A DNA stretch of 63,720 bases, filler included, from Asterionella formosa (GCA_002256025.1; 2 parts of 2 records of this genome joined end to end with filler, not necessarily neighbours in it); one strand, 5' to 3'; shown: positions 12,769 to 26,024, counted from the first letter of the whole stretch. The notes: a model not told the origin generated them from the letters alone. Made by a program: numbers and translations.

Positions 12769-14509
12769 TTAGATTCTGAAACTCATCTTACTTCATGCTG
12801 CAAATCCCATTTCCATTTGATCCGATTCTGTTTTATCTATTTTGATTTCCTAATCATAACAACAATGAGAAAGAATTACTCGCTTGTTAGCCATGTCTTG
12901 TTTATATCTCAACACTGCAGTCCCATTTTAGCATGCTCCTCTTACCAGAAATCGATGAACTTTTCGCATGATTCAGTAAAATCAGTTGGCACATGAACAT
13001 ACAAGTGGAACATAGTAGGATATCTCACAATTCCCTCCAGTTGTTCAGAGACGACTCAAGCAAAGCGACGACAAGCAACTCCACTAACATATCGCAGCTC
13101 TAGTAAAGCAATCTAAGGAACAGACATTCTACCTGGAAAAATGAGGAAAATACAGGCAATCACAGCTACAAACTATGATTGCGATGATGTGGAGGCGGCG
13201 ATGATGAATCGATCAGAGAACTTTGCTGTCATGTTTGCCAAAGCTCGGGAACAGACGCACGAATTTAATAAAAAGAAAGTGCTTCCAACGCCCATCATTG
13301 AGGATCCAGCTTTTGCGTCGATTCTCAAAGGGACCAGAAACCAAGGCACAGAAGCGCTCACTAAGAAATGTCATCATCGGAAGATCCAATGGAGATTGAT
13401 GCAGCATCAAATGATAAATCATCACACCATCATCAATCAGACAGCACCAAGAGCGATAACGACCCGCTAAAATGAGAAAAAGAGTTGACTTCCCTAAAGA
13501 AGTCGGCAAACATCAAGAACTTGCTGAGACCCATGTCTCAGTTGCCAAGAAGGACATCAATGGCATTTCCATCAATGATACCCACATAAGTGAATGATGG
13601 CATGCCCCCACCATCTCAGATTGCTTGCTAAACTGTTTGAAGCAAAGGTTGGAAAAACAAGAATGATAGGGGAGATAAATGAAAATGAAACACCCTCAAC
13701 GAGGAGTTCTCAGGCCTGCAAATGGTTCAATGGAAGCTGAAGCTTCGATTAAATGTCAAGACAACCAAGCAAGTCCCACAAAGATCATGAAATTGATTTT
13801 CACAACCACATCCAGGATCTACTCAATACAATGCTGGAATCAGACCCTAAAAAGGCCGTTAATGAACTCCTTAACCGATTCAAAAAGAATCACTGTAGAC
13901 CGCCAAGATGAGTCAATTAAGCACAGATATTCAGAAACTAATAAAATCTTGGGTCCAGGCAACCGCAATTAGTTCGACCTCCCAAGGAACTGCATTAATT
14001 GCAGAATCGACATCAAACACGGTCATGGCAAGGGCAAAAAATTTAAAGGATCGGTTTTTTGCACTGCTTCAAAAGAAAAAACAAACTGAGAAAACTGTTC
14101 AGAACCTCAACACCACTCTGATTAATTTGTTGTCACTCCAAGAAATGGCCTCAGTACAAGCATCACAAACTGCAAGGACTGTTGATAGCTTTGTTGTTCT
14201 ACAGGTTACTCACGCCAACAATGCCACTATAACAGAAGAAAAGAAGAAGGAAAGCAATATGACAAGGAAAAGATAACAGATGAAAGCACAGTGAAGGTTA
14301 GCCAAATACAAATACCAAATTGATAAGCAGAATATGAAGTTGGAAGGTTTGAGCTCAACAAGCACTTGAGAAGTGTTATGGAAACCGTAGATAATTGCAG
14401 ATTAGTAACAAAAATGAAGGCTTGTAGACTTTGTTTTGAAATTAAGTGAGCTAAATGTTGAAGGATAACCTACATGCTAGGAATTGTAGGCAGTTGACAA
14501 CAGTCCAAC

Positions 14510-14735
14510 TTGAGAGACAGGAAATTAGCAGTAGCTAGTGGAGTAACCATGAAGGGCAAGACTGCTCATAGCGTAGTAACCACAATGGGCAGGACTGTTT
14601 GAGAAAGAAAGTGAGTGATAGTGGAGTAACCATGATGGGCAGGAATGTTAATAGTGGAGTTACCACAATGGGCAGGACCGTTTGAGACAGGAAGTCAGTA
14701 ATAGTGGAGTAACCATGATGGACAGGACTGTTGTG
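14510..14735. repeat. Degenerate tandem repeat
   Basis: The core TAGTGGAGTAACCATGATGGGCAGGACTG occurs ~5 times with variable spacing. Confidence 0.8.
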
Positions 14736-15004
14736 GTAAAGGATGCAGTAATAGTTTAACATGTTTTCTAGCCCACTTGTATTCACCTATTTCTAGTCAA
14801 ATTTTCATTGTGCTGCCTGCCAACAAGACCTACTATGCTTCCCTAGTTTGGTTAGTGTTGGTGAGTCCCCAACCATGACCCTTCATGAAAGGTGATCATC
14901 ATAGCCATATTAGGGGAAACTCCGACTTCCTAGGAAGGCAGAACAAGCTGTTTGTAGGGGGGGAGCCACTATTTCTTACACACCAGACAAGGCTGTACAG
15001 GACA

Positions 15005-15095
15005 GAAAGGAGTGTGAGAGTTGAACCCAATAATTGCTTCTAAAAATGTGTGCCTCAGATCAAAGGCAATGTGCTTAACCACTAAGCCATTCCCA
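15005..15095 (-). ncRNA. Second tRNA-like Pol III head related to 4930-4990
   Basis: Minus strand reads GGGAATGGCTTAGTGGTTAAGCACA...GGGTTCAACTC. It shares the first ~25 nt with the 4990 copy but has a longer middle region. Confidence 0.45.
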
Positions 15096-15323
15096 AAGGA
15101 AATAATTAAAGTGGAGTAGATATTCATTAGAACCCTTGAGACAAGATCAAGCAGACAACTACATGACTGTATCCAGGTTTTATACGATTGTCTGTTGTTG
15201 GCCAATTTATGAGTCCTTCATTGATCTTATAAATATCAACATACCACCGAAAAGTCAGAGCAAATGATGAAATTATGTAAGAGTATTTATTTTTTGTGCC
15301 CCCTCTCTCACAATTGTTCATCA

Positions 15324-17309
15324 TTATGTCAATGCAATACTTGTGGATACTGGACCCACCACACTTTGGCGTTTGATTAAATCTTGGTACTTGACACAGC
15401 GTTCAAGCAGCTCATCATGTGTCCCCACATCTTCCATTTTGTGGTCATCTACTACAACGATTTGATTGGCACGACGAATGGTAGAGAGTCTATGTGCGAC
15501 AATTAAAACAGTCCGGCCGACAGCAGCATTGTCAATGGCTTCTTGGACCAAATGTTCAGATTCAGCATCCAATGCCGATGTGGCTTCATCTAACAACAGA
15601 ATGCGGGGATTGACCAAGATGGATCTGGCAATAGCAATCCGTTGCTTTTGTCCACCACTAAGCTTGACCCCACGTTCTCCAACCAATGTTTCATATCCCA
15701 GAGGCCATGACATGATAAATTCATGTGCATTGGCCTTTTTACATGCTTCCATCATTTCTTCTTCACTCACCTCTTCATCAACTCCATAACACACATTTTC
15801 TCGAATAGTCAGTCCAAAGAGTTGAGGTTCTTGCTGAACGTACCCAATGTGTTTACGCATCCACTTGAGATCCATGTCTCTAATGTCGATTCCATCAATG
15901 GTAATGGATCCCCCTGAAACATCATAAAATCGTTGAAGCAATGATACGACAGTGGATTTGCCAGCCCCCGAAGCCCCCACCAATGCTGCCGAGGTGTTGG
16001 CGGGAATGGACAATGTAAAGTCTCTCAACACGGGTGTATTAGGACGTGTGGGATATGCGAAGGACACGTTGTGGAATTGAACATGGCCTTTCATTCCATG
16101 AGTAGTGGTAGTAGGATGGGGCAACTTGTGAGAATCTTCTGGAGCAGGAATGGAAGGGATGCGTTCCAACAAATGAAAGACACGTCCAGAAGCACCTCTA
16201 GCTTCAATAACTTGTGAGATATATCGTGACGTTTGTGCCAAGGATGATCCAATTTGAAAAATATATGATTGAAAAGCAGTCAGGCCTCCCAAAGTAATGT
16301 CTCCATCATCCACTAATTTGAATCCATACCAGAGAGAAAAGTACATGGCGCCGAACCCAAATCCAAAGATGAATGTGAAGAATCCAGAATTCCAAATGGA
16401 TTTGAAAAAGCCTACACTGTATGTGGTTTGGTGTACCTTGCGGTCTACTGGCCACCAATAGGGGTACGAATCGGGGCTCCCAATCTTGCGAGCATATCGT
16501 TCCCGTTCTCTATCTTCAGCCGCAAATGATTGGACTGTCCGCATGGCACCCAGTGCTTCTGTTGAGTACGTCTGAGCTTCACCGAGTGCATCTTGATATT
16601 GTTTGGACAGCGCCCCAATAATCTTCCCAAATGGGACACACAGGGCGAACAGCAAAAAGGTTGATGCCAGCGTCACACCAGCCAATTTGGGAGATATCCA
16701 CACCATGAGGCCAATGCAAAAGAAAACTTTGGTTCCGCCCAGTACAACTTCCGGAATGGCATTGGATGTGGCACCTTGAATGAGTGTTGTGTCCGAGCCC
16801 AATCTCGACACAAGTTCTCCTGTTTTGGTAGTATCAAAGAAGGAAATATCTTGGCTCAAAATCGACGAATACAGGTTATTGCGCAATCGTGACACAATGC
16901 GTTCTCCCGCTGCCCCCATAATGGCCGTTCGTGCAAAGGATGCCAAAACGCCAGCAAAGTGCACCACAAGGACAATGGTCATGATTTGATTGATTTGGGC
17001 CATGCGATTGTCCAACGACTCGTCGACCAGATCATTGTAGGCCTTCCCAATGAGCAATGGATTCAAAAGACTCGTTCCTTCTGAACATATCATGAGAATC
17101 AGAGCCACAGTCAACATGGGCCATTCAGGTCGACCGAGACTGAGTAGTTTCATCAATGTTGGGGGACGATTGGGATGAGACGACGATTCTGACGTGGAGC
17201 TATTAGTGGGGGCATCGGCTGATGCTTCCTTATCATTGTCCATATTGGGTGCTTCGGCATCCATCAGTGTCGATGTCGTAACACTCTTCGCCGTTCCTTC
17301 TGGTGCCAT
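15324..17309 (-). CDS. ABC transporter subfamily B half transporter (ABCB10/TAP-like)
   Basis: A TM domain is followed by an NBD with Walker A GASGAGKST, Q-loop VQQEP, signature LSGGQKQR, Walker B LLLDEATSALD and VAHRLST. The first ATG is at 17309; the ORF-track start at 17345 is TTG. Confidence 0.95.
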   Translation of the reverse strand: MAPEGTAKSVTTSTLMDAEAPNMDNDKEASADAPTNSSTSESSSHPNRPPTLMKLLSLGRPEWPMLTVALILMICSEGTSLLNPLLIGKAYNDLVDESLDNRMAQINQIMTIVLVVHFAGVLASFARTAIMGAAGERIVSRLRNNLYSSILSQDISFFDTTKTGELVSRLGSDTTLIQGATSNAIPEVVLGGTKVFFCIGLMVWISPKLAGVTLASTFLLFALCVPFGKIIGALSKQYQDALGEAQTYSTEALGAMRTVQSFAAEDRERERYARKIGSPDSYPYWWPVDRKVHQTTYSVGFFKSIWNSGFFTFIFGFGFGAMYFSLWYGFKLVDDGDITLGGLTAFQSYIFQIGSSLAQTSRYISQVIEARGASGRVFHLLERIPSIPAPEDSHKLPHPTTTTHGMKGHVQFHNVSFAYPTRPNTPVLRDFTLSIPANTSAALVGASGAGKSTVVSLLQRFYDVSGGSITIDGIDIRDMDLKWMRKHIGYVQQEPQLFGLTIRENVCYGVDEEVSEEEMMEACKKANAHEFIMSWPLGYETLVGERGVKLSGGQKQRIAIARSILVNPRILLLDEATSALDAESEHLVQEAIDNAAVGRTVLIVAHRLSTIRRANQIVVVDDHKMEDVGTHDELLERCVKYQDLIKRQSVVGPVSTSIALT

Positions 17310-18997
17310 TGTATTTCTGATGATTGAGGGTTTGATGAGCACCAATCCTATTTGATTTTACAATGCACGTACGATTTTCTTATGAGACATTCCTATGAAT
17401 TTATTTATTTGACCGATTTCTTTTATCGGTACATGTTTCCATAATGTGTCTCGTCATCAAAATGTGTTGCTTATGTACCGGCATAAAAGAAGAAAACAAA
17501 TGGTGTATTTATTTATGTGTAAAACCACATACCGGTATATACAGTATTGATTCCGGATCATCGAAGAACACATTTTGCCAAGTAAGTATGCCATCATCGT
17601 ATATAGTCATGAATAAATGCTAATGTATGACATCGAGTTATAGCTAAATAAATACATATATGTTATTACATAGAGATTATGTTTAAAATAAATCAACCGT
17701 AGACTGGGAAGGCAAGGACGGTACCAGCAGGTACGTAAAAACAGCCTGTGGTACAAACCACCGGTGAACACATCACCCCCAACATTCTGTAATTCTGCTG
17801 GTTGTTGAATCGGAACCCTCATAATTCCTTGAATTGCAATCCTACCATTCAACTGGTGAAACCAAAACGGAGACCCCCACAGTCTCCCCCTCCTTGGATA
17901 TAGCGATCAGGCCATCCCACTGGAGGCACTGATCAAAGAAACAATCCTCACCCAAATTAGCTCGGAAACCCACCCAGGCCCACCCTGGCTCAACATTTGC
18001 CCCTTGGCAAATTTAGAAGTAATGGTTCCCCGAGGGACCCCAGTAAATAGCCGTTACTACCACCACATGTAACAATGGTATAGGAGTGAAGTGAATGACT
18101 AGTCTAGGCGGCTAGTGCCGCCGCAAAGCAAGCAAGGTCACACTGCATGCATAATACTCCGAAATAAGTATCATCATTTAGTTGTGTACAAATCTATTTA
18201 TTACGGTGCACATTGCGGGTATCGGTACTGGCATGTATTTACTGGTACTTCTTTTATTTAAATTTATTAGGAGTGGCGGACGTTGCATTCTATGTATGTA
18301 CCGGTATTTTATTCTTCTCTTTTGCTAACCGTGAATAATAATTAGTGCCTCTATCTTGGTTTCTGCTGTTTGCTCATATTTTGCTAATAACACTGAGAAC
18401 AGACATCAGTGCGTCATTTGAAACCATGTCGACTCCTCAGAATGTCAACTCGAAGAAGTTGTGGACTCGAAGCAGGATTCTCCGTCCTTCAAGAGACACC
18501 ACCATGTACTCGAATGGAGTATAGGCGAACCCCTCAAAGAACAGCACTTAGAAAGGTTAAGAAAACTCAAACTTCTACTACCGGTAGGAGAATTCCTGTA
18601 AAAAGCTATTCTTCTGCCACCAGTAAACAATTTGATAAACAATTTGATAATGATCAAGACCAAGAAGGGATCCCTGGTGGTAGGAACCCTCGTGTGTGTT
18701 TGTTGTGGTGTCGTTGACAGTGTGTGCTGATCTATACTAACTAGCATCTTAACCAACATGCCACTCACATCAAGCGCTCGCACTATACAAATTTTTAGTT
18801 GCAATTCTCATGCAACTTCTGAATGCCCAAAGAAAGTTCCGCATCAACTGTCGCAAACCGAGTCTGGCATGTGCTTCCTCAGTGCAACTCGATTGCTTTA
18901 ACCAAACCATCAGCAGGCCACACACCAGCCTACAATAACTAATGACTATGAAGGAGCGGATCAATGGAAGATCATACTTTGCCTTTGACACAAGACA

Positions 18998-19440
18998 AAA
19001 TCACCACCGTGTAGGGTGTGGGTGGAAAAAATCCGAGCTGTGCCGTCTAAATGATCAGTACCATTCAACCATTATGTATCAACAGAAAACTATCTTATTC
19101 GTAACTATCACTTAATGAGTTGAGTGGTTCATAGGCATGGATTGCTCCAATATTGATGAAGTTCTTGACAAATCAGTAGTGCAAACAATCACCACCATGT
19201 AGGGGAGAACCATTTTTTTGGTACTATCCTCCAATGAGTTAAGTCATTCATAGGCTTGGATTGCTCCAATATTGATGAAGTTATTGACAAATCAGTAGTG
19301 CAAACATCACCACTGTGTAGGGATGTAGGGGGTGGAAAGAATCTAGGCTGTGACGTCAGTACAATTCAACCATTGAGAATCAATGGAATACCATAATATT
19401 TGGTACTATCCTCCAATGAGTTAAGTGGTTCATAGGAATG
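18998..19440. repeat. Complex tandem repeat (mosaic of ~120-190-bp units)
   Basis: ATCACCAC..TGTAGGG x3, AATGAGTT.AGT..TTCATAGG x3 and GGATTGCTCCAATATTGATGAAGTT.TTGACAAATCAGTAGTGCAAAC x2. Confidence 0.8.
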
Positions 19441-19778
19441 CCTTAAACACAAAAATTAAGTACAAGAACATAAAATAGTTAAAGGCAAAATTAGCTTTCA
19501 CCAATACGACCACTTTGCATATGTTTAGATACAGTCATTGGTCAAGTTAGTAGGGGTATGTTCTATCTTCAGATATGATAAGGACATCATTTCTAGAAAG
19601 AAACGTTATGTATTGTTGATTAGTGACTATCGCAAAAATAGTCAAAAAAGGGCTATAAAGCTTTTCAAAAAATCTACGATACATAACTGCAGTTTCTCTC
19701 CAGAAGTTTACTCTTGACGTTAAGGTTGCGGCCCCGCAGTTACACAATGCGAGGTCCCTTTTTCCCCCAAATAATTTT

Positions 19779-20860
19779 ATGATGCACCGTAATCCACACA
19801 TTAATTACAACCCGCCATTCCTAATACTTGATGGACCTGGGTCTCGATTTGACATTTTGTTCCTTGAATACATAAACAACCCAATACAAAATTGGACAGT
19901 CTGTATTGGTGTGTTGTTCCTTATGGTTCAAACTACTGCTGGCAGGTTGCAGACAGTAGTGAACAAAAAGGTTGCTTCAAAATGAACATCTCAAAAGCAA
20001 AACGCAAATTATTCACCTTAAAAGCAGATCACAGGCAAGAACTTACAATTATCAAGGTCGACATTGTTGGACTGGTGAATATGGCATGGGACAACTCCTT
20101 GTTTGCAAACGTTGCAACAAACAAGAAAGCGATTTCCGAACAAGGATGGCTCCGCATGAACTATGATGTCTTGCTGCACCCTGAGATTCAATTGACCCAA
20201 CCGCAACAGAACATTATCAATGCGGCCAAAGAGACTTCTGTTGCTCTTCTTCCTGATGAGTTAAATCTCTGTACTGGCTTTGTTGGAACAACTGTTGGAA
20301 GAATTAACAAGTTTTGCAAACGTGAGGATGTGCGAAATGGAATTGACCAGGAGGCACAAGCTAGAAAGAGAAAGGAGACAGCAGATGCCCAGATTGAAGG
20401 ACATAAGAGGATAACATCAGGACTTCTGGTCTCTGCACAGACATGTGCTCTTGGACCAAATATTCTTGCTGCTACACTGGAACGGAAGCGAATTTTGGGA
20501 CATTGTCATTAGGTCAAAAGAAACAAAAAGGCGACAAGAATAAAAACCACTTCGACAAAAAATACTGACATGGAAGGAACAGAACAAAACAAAAGAACAA
20601 ATTTCAGTGGCAAAACTGAAATTGATTGTGCGTTGGTGCAAGCGATTAGGTGATTTGCATGTTCCACAAACAACAAGGAACGCTCTAATTACAAGATTTG
20701 ATGACACCAATCACCGTGGTGACCAGCAGCCGCCATTTCCTCCCTACTACTATGCACCACCTCCTGCTGTGGTTGTTGTGGTTGCTGCTGCTGCGACTGC
20801 AACTCCTCCTGTTGCTGCTACTGGTCCTACTAATGATCCACCATTCTATGATGAAGTTTG
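19779..20860 (+). pseudogene. pogo-like DDE_1 transposase C-terminal remnant
   Basis: PFLILDGPGSRFDILFLEYINNP..WTVCIG, frameshifted to VPYGSN..WQVADSSEQKGCFKM and DIVGLVNMAWDNS..NKKAISEQGW. Confidence 0.75.
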
Positions 20861-21779
20861 AGACTCCACAAATAAGAATTGAATGAAGAGCTCGTGATCT
20901 ATATAATTCATCAGAAGGATTCTCTGATGATGATACCTGCCCTGGAAAAGTGAAAAACTTCAAGTGATAAGAAAAAAAATTGATATATAAACGGAGTAAA
21001 AAAACACGGCTTGGGGGGAAAATATATTCATATACAGATAGAAAAATATGCACTGTAAGCCACCACCGCTATGCAACAATCTTAGTGATTTGGAAAAATT
21101 ACATGTTCATGGCTCAATCATACACTGAATCAAAACTGATTAGTCTACTTAATACTAAAACAGAGAGCATCTTCTAACATACACTTTGTACTTGCATCAA
21201 GTTTTGATTGTTGTATTACATAAATATTTTTAGTCAGAAGATAGAGTAAGATAGCGGTGGCTTCCAGTTTTTGTCCGGTACTTTCCAAACAGCACAGCAA
21301 ATCCTCCTACTCATTGCATGCACTAAGACTTTTTGATAAAAGGCACAACTACCTAACTACATCAGTGCATACTTCTACACCATTTGTTCATTTCAGCCTG
21401 GCTAATTTACTAGCTACTCGCATAACAACTGGTGAACTACAAGGAGATTCTACTAAATATTGCAATTGCAATCTTGTTACCTCACAAGCACACCCTCAAG
21501 ATTGCAACCCTCCTCTTATTGCTCCTGACAATATAGATTCCTGGTTAAGAATATTACTTAAATCTATTTTGCTCATTCAACGACATCATCCCTCACTGTC
21601 TCATTTGGAAATAAACTATCTCCTGTGCATCTTCCTGGGCAAACCCATTGTGATCTTCCACTACCAAACTAACAGTTGATCTACCTACTTCAGCTACAAT
21701 GTCATTCATGCAAGTTCCACCTACCAATAGGAAAAGTATTTCCTTGAAAATCTCCTCAGATCATGATCAGAAACATTCA

Positions 21780-22380
21780 GGTCTCCTTCTATTGGTCATG
21801 TGCGTTAGACATCAACATCATCTTTTGGTCATAATAGACATCAACATCATCCCTATCAACAAACTATTCAGAAACGTTTCAAGTCTCCTTTTATTGGTCA
21901 TGCTAGACATCAACATCATCACCATCAACAAACAATCAGAAAAGTTTCCTGCCTCCTTCACCACCTAACCATTCTACCATTGGTCATGTTTCTGCATTTT
22001 CTGGATATCATAGCCATCATCAACATCACTCCCTTCAGAAACGTTTCATTGTTCCTTCGATTTGTCATGTTAGACATCAACAGCATCCCCATCAACACAC
22101 CATTCAGAAACGTTTCATGTCTTCTTTACAACCTACTCATTCTCATGTTGATCATGCACCTTCCTCTGTGACATGTCATAGCCATCAACAACACTCCCTT
22201 AAAAAACATTTATTGTTCCTTTGCTTGGTCATCATGTCAGACATCAACATTATCCCCATTGACAAACCATTCAGGAATGTTTCATGTCTCCTTCACAACC
22301 TACTCATTATATCTTGCACCTTCTTCTGTGACATGTCTGTCATAGCCATCATCAACTCTCCCTTCAGGAACGTTTCATGC
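21780..22380. repeat. Degenerate tandem repeat, ~60-bp units
   Basis: Variants of GGTCATG..AGACATCAACATCATCCCCATCAACAAACCATTCAGAAACGTTTCA recur about 7 times. Confidence 0.8.
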
Positions 22381-22910
22381 CTCAATCAACAAGTCTCCAT
22401 TCTTGTAGTTTCATTGCTTTTTCTGGGTGTTGTGCTTCTCAACTGCGATCAATCCCATTTGTGAAAAATAATGATACTACTGCTGAAGATGCAATGATTG
22501 CTCCTCTTTGCTGTGTCATTTGTTTTGGAAGCAACCACAAGACAATAGATTGCTTGCATTTCAATAAACTATCTGATCCTCTTTGCTGTATCATTTGTTT
22601 TGGAAGCAACCATGAGACAAAAGATTGCTTGCATTTCAATAAATTATATGGTAACAGAAAAGAACTTTTGTTGAAGGAAAAGGATGTCAAGAGTACACCA
22701 ATCCCGCCTTCAACTGGCAGCATATGTTGTTTTGGTTCTCAGTCATCAGTTGTGCAAAATACTGATACTACTGAAGAAGATGCTGAGTATGCTCTGTTTG
22801 CAGCTGTTGCTGAGGACCGTATTTGGAATACAAACAAACTCAGTCAGCTAGATCACAAACTCAAGTCCACTACCAAGAAGTACCATTCTACTCCCCTAAC
22901 TGTGGATTAA
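22377..22910 (+). pseudogene. Retroelement gag-like remnant with a duplicated CCHC zinc knuckle
   Basis: CVICFGSNHKTIDC and CIICFGSNHETKDC (CX2CX4HX4C) lie in a CpG-poor, decayed context. Confidence 0.55.
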
Positions 22911-24653
22911 TCACTGCATCATGCATTGCCTTGCCCACCTGAGTCATTGACTGATGTTTCAAATCCTACCACTAATATGCAAGGAATCCATGACCCTGAG
23001 TTCTGTGTAGAGGTGGTGATCTCAACTCCCCTTCAAATCCCATCAGCACTCAAGATCTTCAATTCTGCTCCTGATTCTTACCCTCAAGTTCTTCAGGACA
23101 TTCCTTTCAGCTTCCCTGTTCATCTACAATGTTTTGACTACAAAAATCTCCTTTGATTGCATGTCCCCATAAAATCATCCCAAATATTAAGTTTGATAAA
23201 ACTCCATGGTCTGACAGCAGTACCTCGTTGCTCCAAAAAATGTTTTCAACACCCATACTGCTGGTGTGCATCTTCTACTCCAAGATTATCTTTACAATTT
23301 GCTTTTGGGGCTAGTATGCTTCTGCTCCAAGATCATGTTTGCAGACCACCTGATTTTGCTTTTACCTTGTTGTCTGTTCATCAACAAGGTTCTGAGTACA
23401 TTGCTGATCAATCTTTGATTACAAATCATCATAGACTTATGCAATATTTCAAGGGAGATCCTTCTCAGTTGTTACCAAATGTGGATTCTCTTATGCTCCA
23501 AAATCATGTTTGCAGCATCTCAATTTGCATGTCATTTCTCCCCCTTTCTGATAGCACAGATTGCACTGCTCAATTCCATGAGAAGGAATCTATGTGTGCA
23601 TGTGCAAATTTCCACTGATTTAAATATTTCAAACGAAATCATCGATTTTCAAAATTAGCGGACAAAAGTTCTTAGTTCCAGGGAAATTCGGCAACCCTAT
23701 GCAATATTTCAATTTTTACTTAGGGGTTCAAATGCAGGAACCTTAAGTCATTTTCTACATCCATGTACTGTATTTGAATTACCGATGACTCGCTCCCAGC
23801 AGAATGACCCCAAAACCTGGATCATGTATGAAGTAATTAATTTGTCACATGGGCGGGATTAACATCTTCAATGGTTCTTGTCGTAGTTGTGTGTGTGCAC
23901 GGGACGCATGATACCCCGTTCCAAAGTACTCGATATCATAAATTGGTCAAACCTTTATGGTTTCTGTCGTCATTGTGTACGCATGCAAAGTGATATGCTA
24001 GCACGTTCCATAGATTCAGGGTCTGGTGACCAAACAACTGTTACTTGGTCTACTGGTAGGGGCAATAGATAATTCCGGCAAAAAAGATGCCATCGTTCTC
24101 CGATATGAAGGCACTTTTCACCGAAATATTGCCACCCTAAATTCCACGTAGGAATGATTAGCACATGCTCCAAGCGATGTGTGCTTCGAAAGGTGGAAGT
24201 GCACTTCGACAATCCGACGTTGTTCGAAAGGGGAAATTTTCGTAGAAATGGCATGGAGTTTTCATACATAGAAATGCATTTTATTTCACTAATATGATGA
24301 AAGCGTCGGCAGATTGATGCTTTGGATCATATGTAGGGCTCTAACGGAAAGCTACTTCACGTGGCTTTTCTAAATTGAATGTCCTAATGATCTGATTTGT
24401 CATATGTATCCCCTTTCCGATATTGATTACCCACATGTATCGATATACCGGTATATATTTTTGGACAAGCAACAAAGTATACCGGTATTACTATCAAAGA
24501 AGAATCATGAAAGGATGGTGTAAACTAAAAAACACGATCACCGGTATACGGAAGAATGCCGCATCATTACACACAGTTATTTCTGATTCTCATTTTTTTC
24601 ATTGTCACGATGAAGTGACAAGGAGCGAAACTGACCAGAAACTTACAACCAAG

Positions 24654-26024
24654 ATGAACATTAGCTTCCCCTCCCTGGTGTGCGAACACGAGCTCCTGGC
24701 TCAGCAACGAGCCCTCGTCGCAAGAGGGTATTACAATGGAGTATTCAATCCTCAAATGCAAATGATTCAGCAACAACACCACGGAATTGCGTGCTGCGCT
24801 TCTGCTGCATATCCGGCGTCGCTCTTGGAAACACAAATGTTGCTCTTGCAACGGCAGCGAATCATGCAGCAGCCCAGAAGTCAGGCCTTTTTCCAGCAGA
24901 TGCACATGCAGCAACAGCAACGACAGCAGCTTGTGATCCCAAGTAATCACATTCCTTCCGCCCTGATGACAATGGCTTCAGTACCTTTCGCGAATCGTTC
25001 CCCCGTTTCGACTACTGGTACTTCATTCTTGCAAGAGAACAAGAAGCTACCGGCCATCTCCCCTACAGAGCTCGGAGTAGTAGCCATCAAGGAAGAAGAC
25101 TCCATGTTGGATCCTTCCGATAGCAGCAATGCTGTGGTGTCGAACAAGGCTCGCAGCATAACAAAGCAACGACAGGGAAACAAGTCGCGCGAAAACAAGC
25201 CGAGTTCTCGAAATGTCAAGTGGATGGAATCCTACAATGACTTGAAGAAGTACAAGCATGAATACGGGAACTGCATTGTTCCCCGTGGATACGTCTTTAA
25301 TCCGCGCTTGGCTGTGTGGGTCGCTGAACAACGCAAGCAATACAAACTTCGCTTTGATGGGAGGAACTCCAGCATTACAGCAGAACGCATTGCTTTACTC
25401 GAACAAGTGGACTTTGCATGGAATGCTCAGGAGGCTGCATGGGAAAGACACATGGCTGACTTGAAGGCCTTCAAAGATGAGAACGGAGACTGTCTTGTTC
25501 CTGTCAATCATCCAAACTATCCCAAACTGGGATTGTGGGTCAAGGAACAACGACGTCATTTCAATTTTCTCAAGCGAGGCAAGCCCTCGCATATGACGGA
25601 CTCTCGCTACGCGGAACTCAGTGGCTTGGGATTTTGTTGGGACACCCAAGAAGCTGTGTGGGGGGAACGACTCCGAGAGTTGAAGCAGTTCAAGGTTAAG
25701 AATGGACATTCCATGGTGCCAACGCATTATTCGACCAATCCACGATTGGGAACATGGGTGCATCATCAACGAAGGCAATATCGCGAGTACAAGCGGAATA
25801 AGCCATGTCATATCACACACGAGAGGATTGCGGCTCTTGATAGGATTGGTTTTATCTGGCATCCACGGGACAAGTTGAGCAAGAGTAGTACTGACAGTAG
25901 TTATGATAGCAATATTGAAGATGAGGAGGAAAAGGAGTGTGATGAAGATGAAACTACTGAGATTGATCTCAGGCCTAAAAAGCGAGTGAGATATGGAGAT
26001 GGTGGTGGCTGTGGAAGGAAGTGA
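24654..26024 (+). CDS. Helicase-associated (HA) triple-repeat protein, copy 2
   Basis: Paralog of 9107-10516. The ATG at 24654 (ACAACCAAGATGAAC) aligns with the copy 1 start. Three HA repeats and an RPKKRVR tail are present. Confidence 0.9.
   Translation: MNISFPSLVCEHELLAQQRALVARGYYNGVFNPQMQMIQQQHHGIACCASAAYPASLLETQMLLLQRQRIMQQPRSQAFFQQMHMQQQQRQQLVIPSNHIPSALMTMASVPFANRSPVSTTGTSFLQENKKLPAISPTELGVVAIKEEDSMLDPSDSSNAVVSNKARSITKQRQGNKSRENKPSSRNVKWMESYNDLKKYKHEYGNCIVPRGYVFNPRLAVWVAEQRKQYKLRFDGRNSSITAERIALLEQVDFAWNAQEAAWERHMADLKAFKDENGDCLVPVNHPNYPKLGLWVKEQRRHFNFLKRGKPSHMTDSRYAELSGLGFCWDTQEAVWGERLRELKQFKVKNGHSMVPTHYSTNPRLGTWVHHQRRQYREYKRNKPCHITHERIAALDRIGFIWHPRDKLSKSSTDSSYDSNIEDEEEKECDEDETTEIDLRPKKRVRYGDGGGCGRK

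Noticed and set aside
13100..14280. Fragmented plus-strand ORFs (possible gag/ORF1)
   Set aside because: No diagnostic motif is recognisable.
24423..24653. 77-aa N-terminal extension of HA copy 2
   Set aside because: It starts at TTG and is not open in copy 1. The aligned ATG is at 24654.
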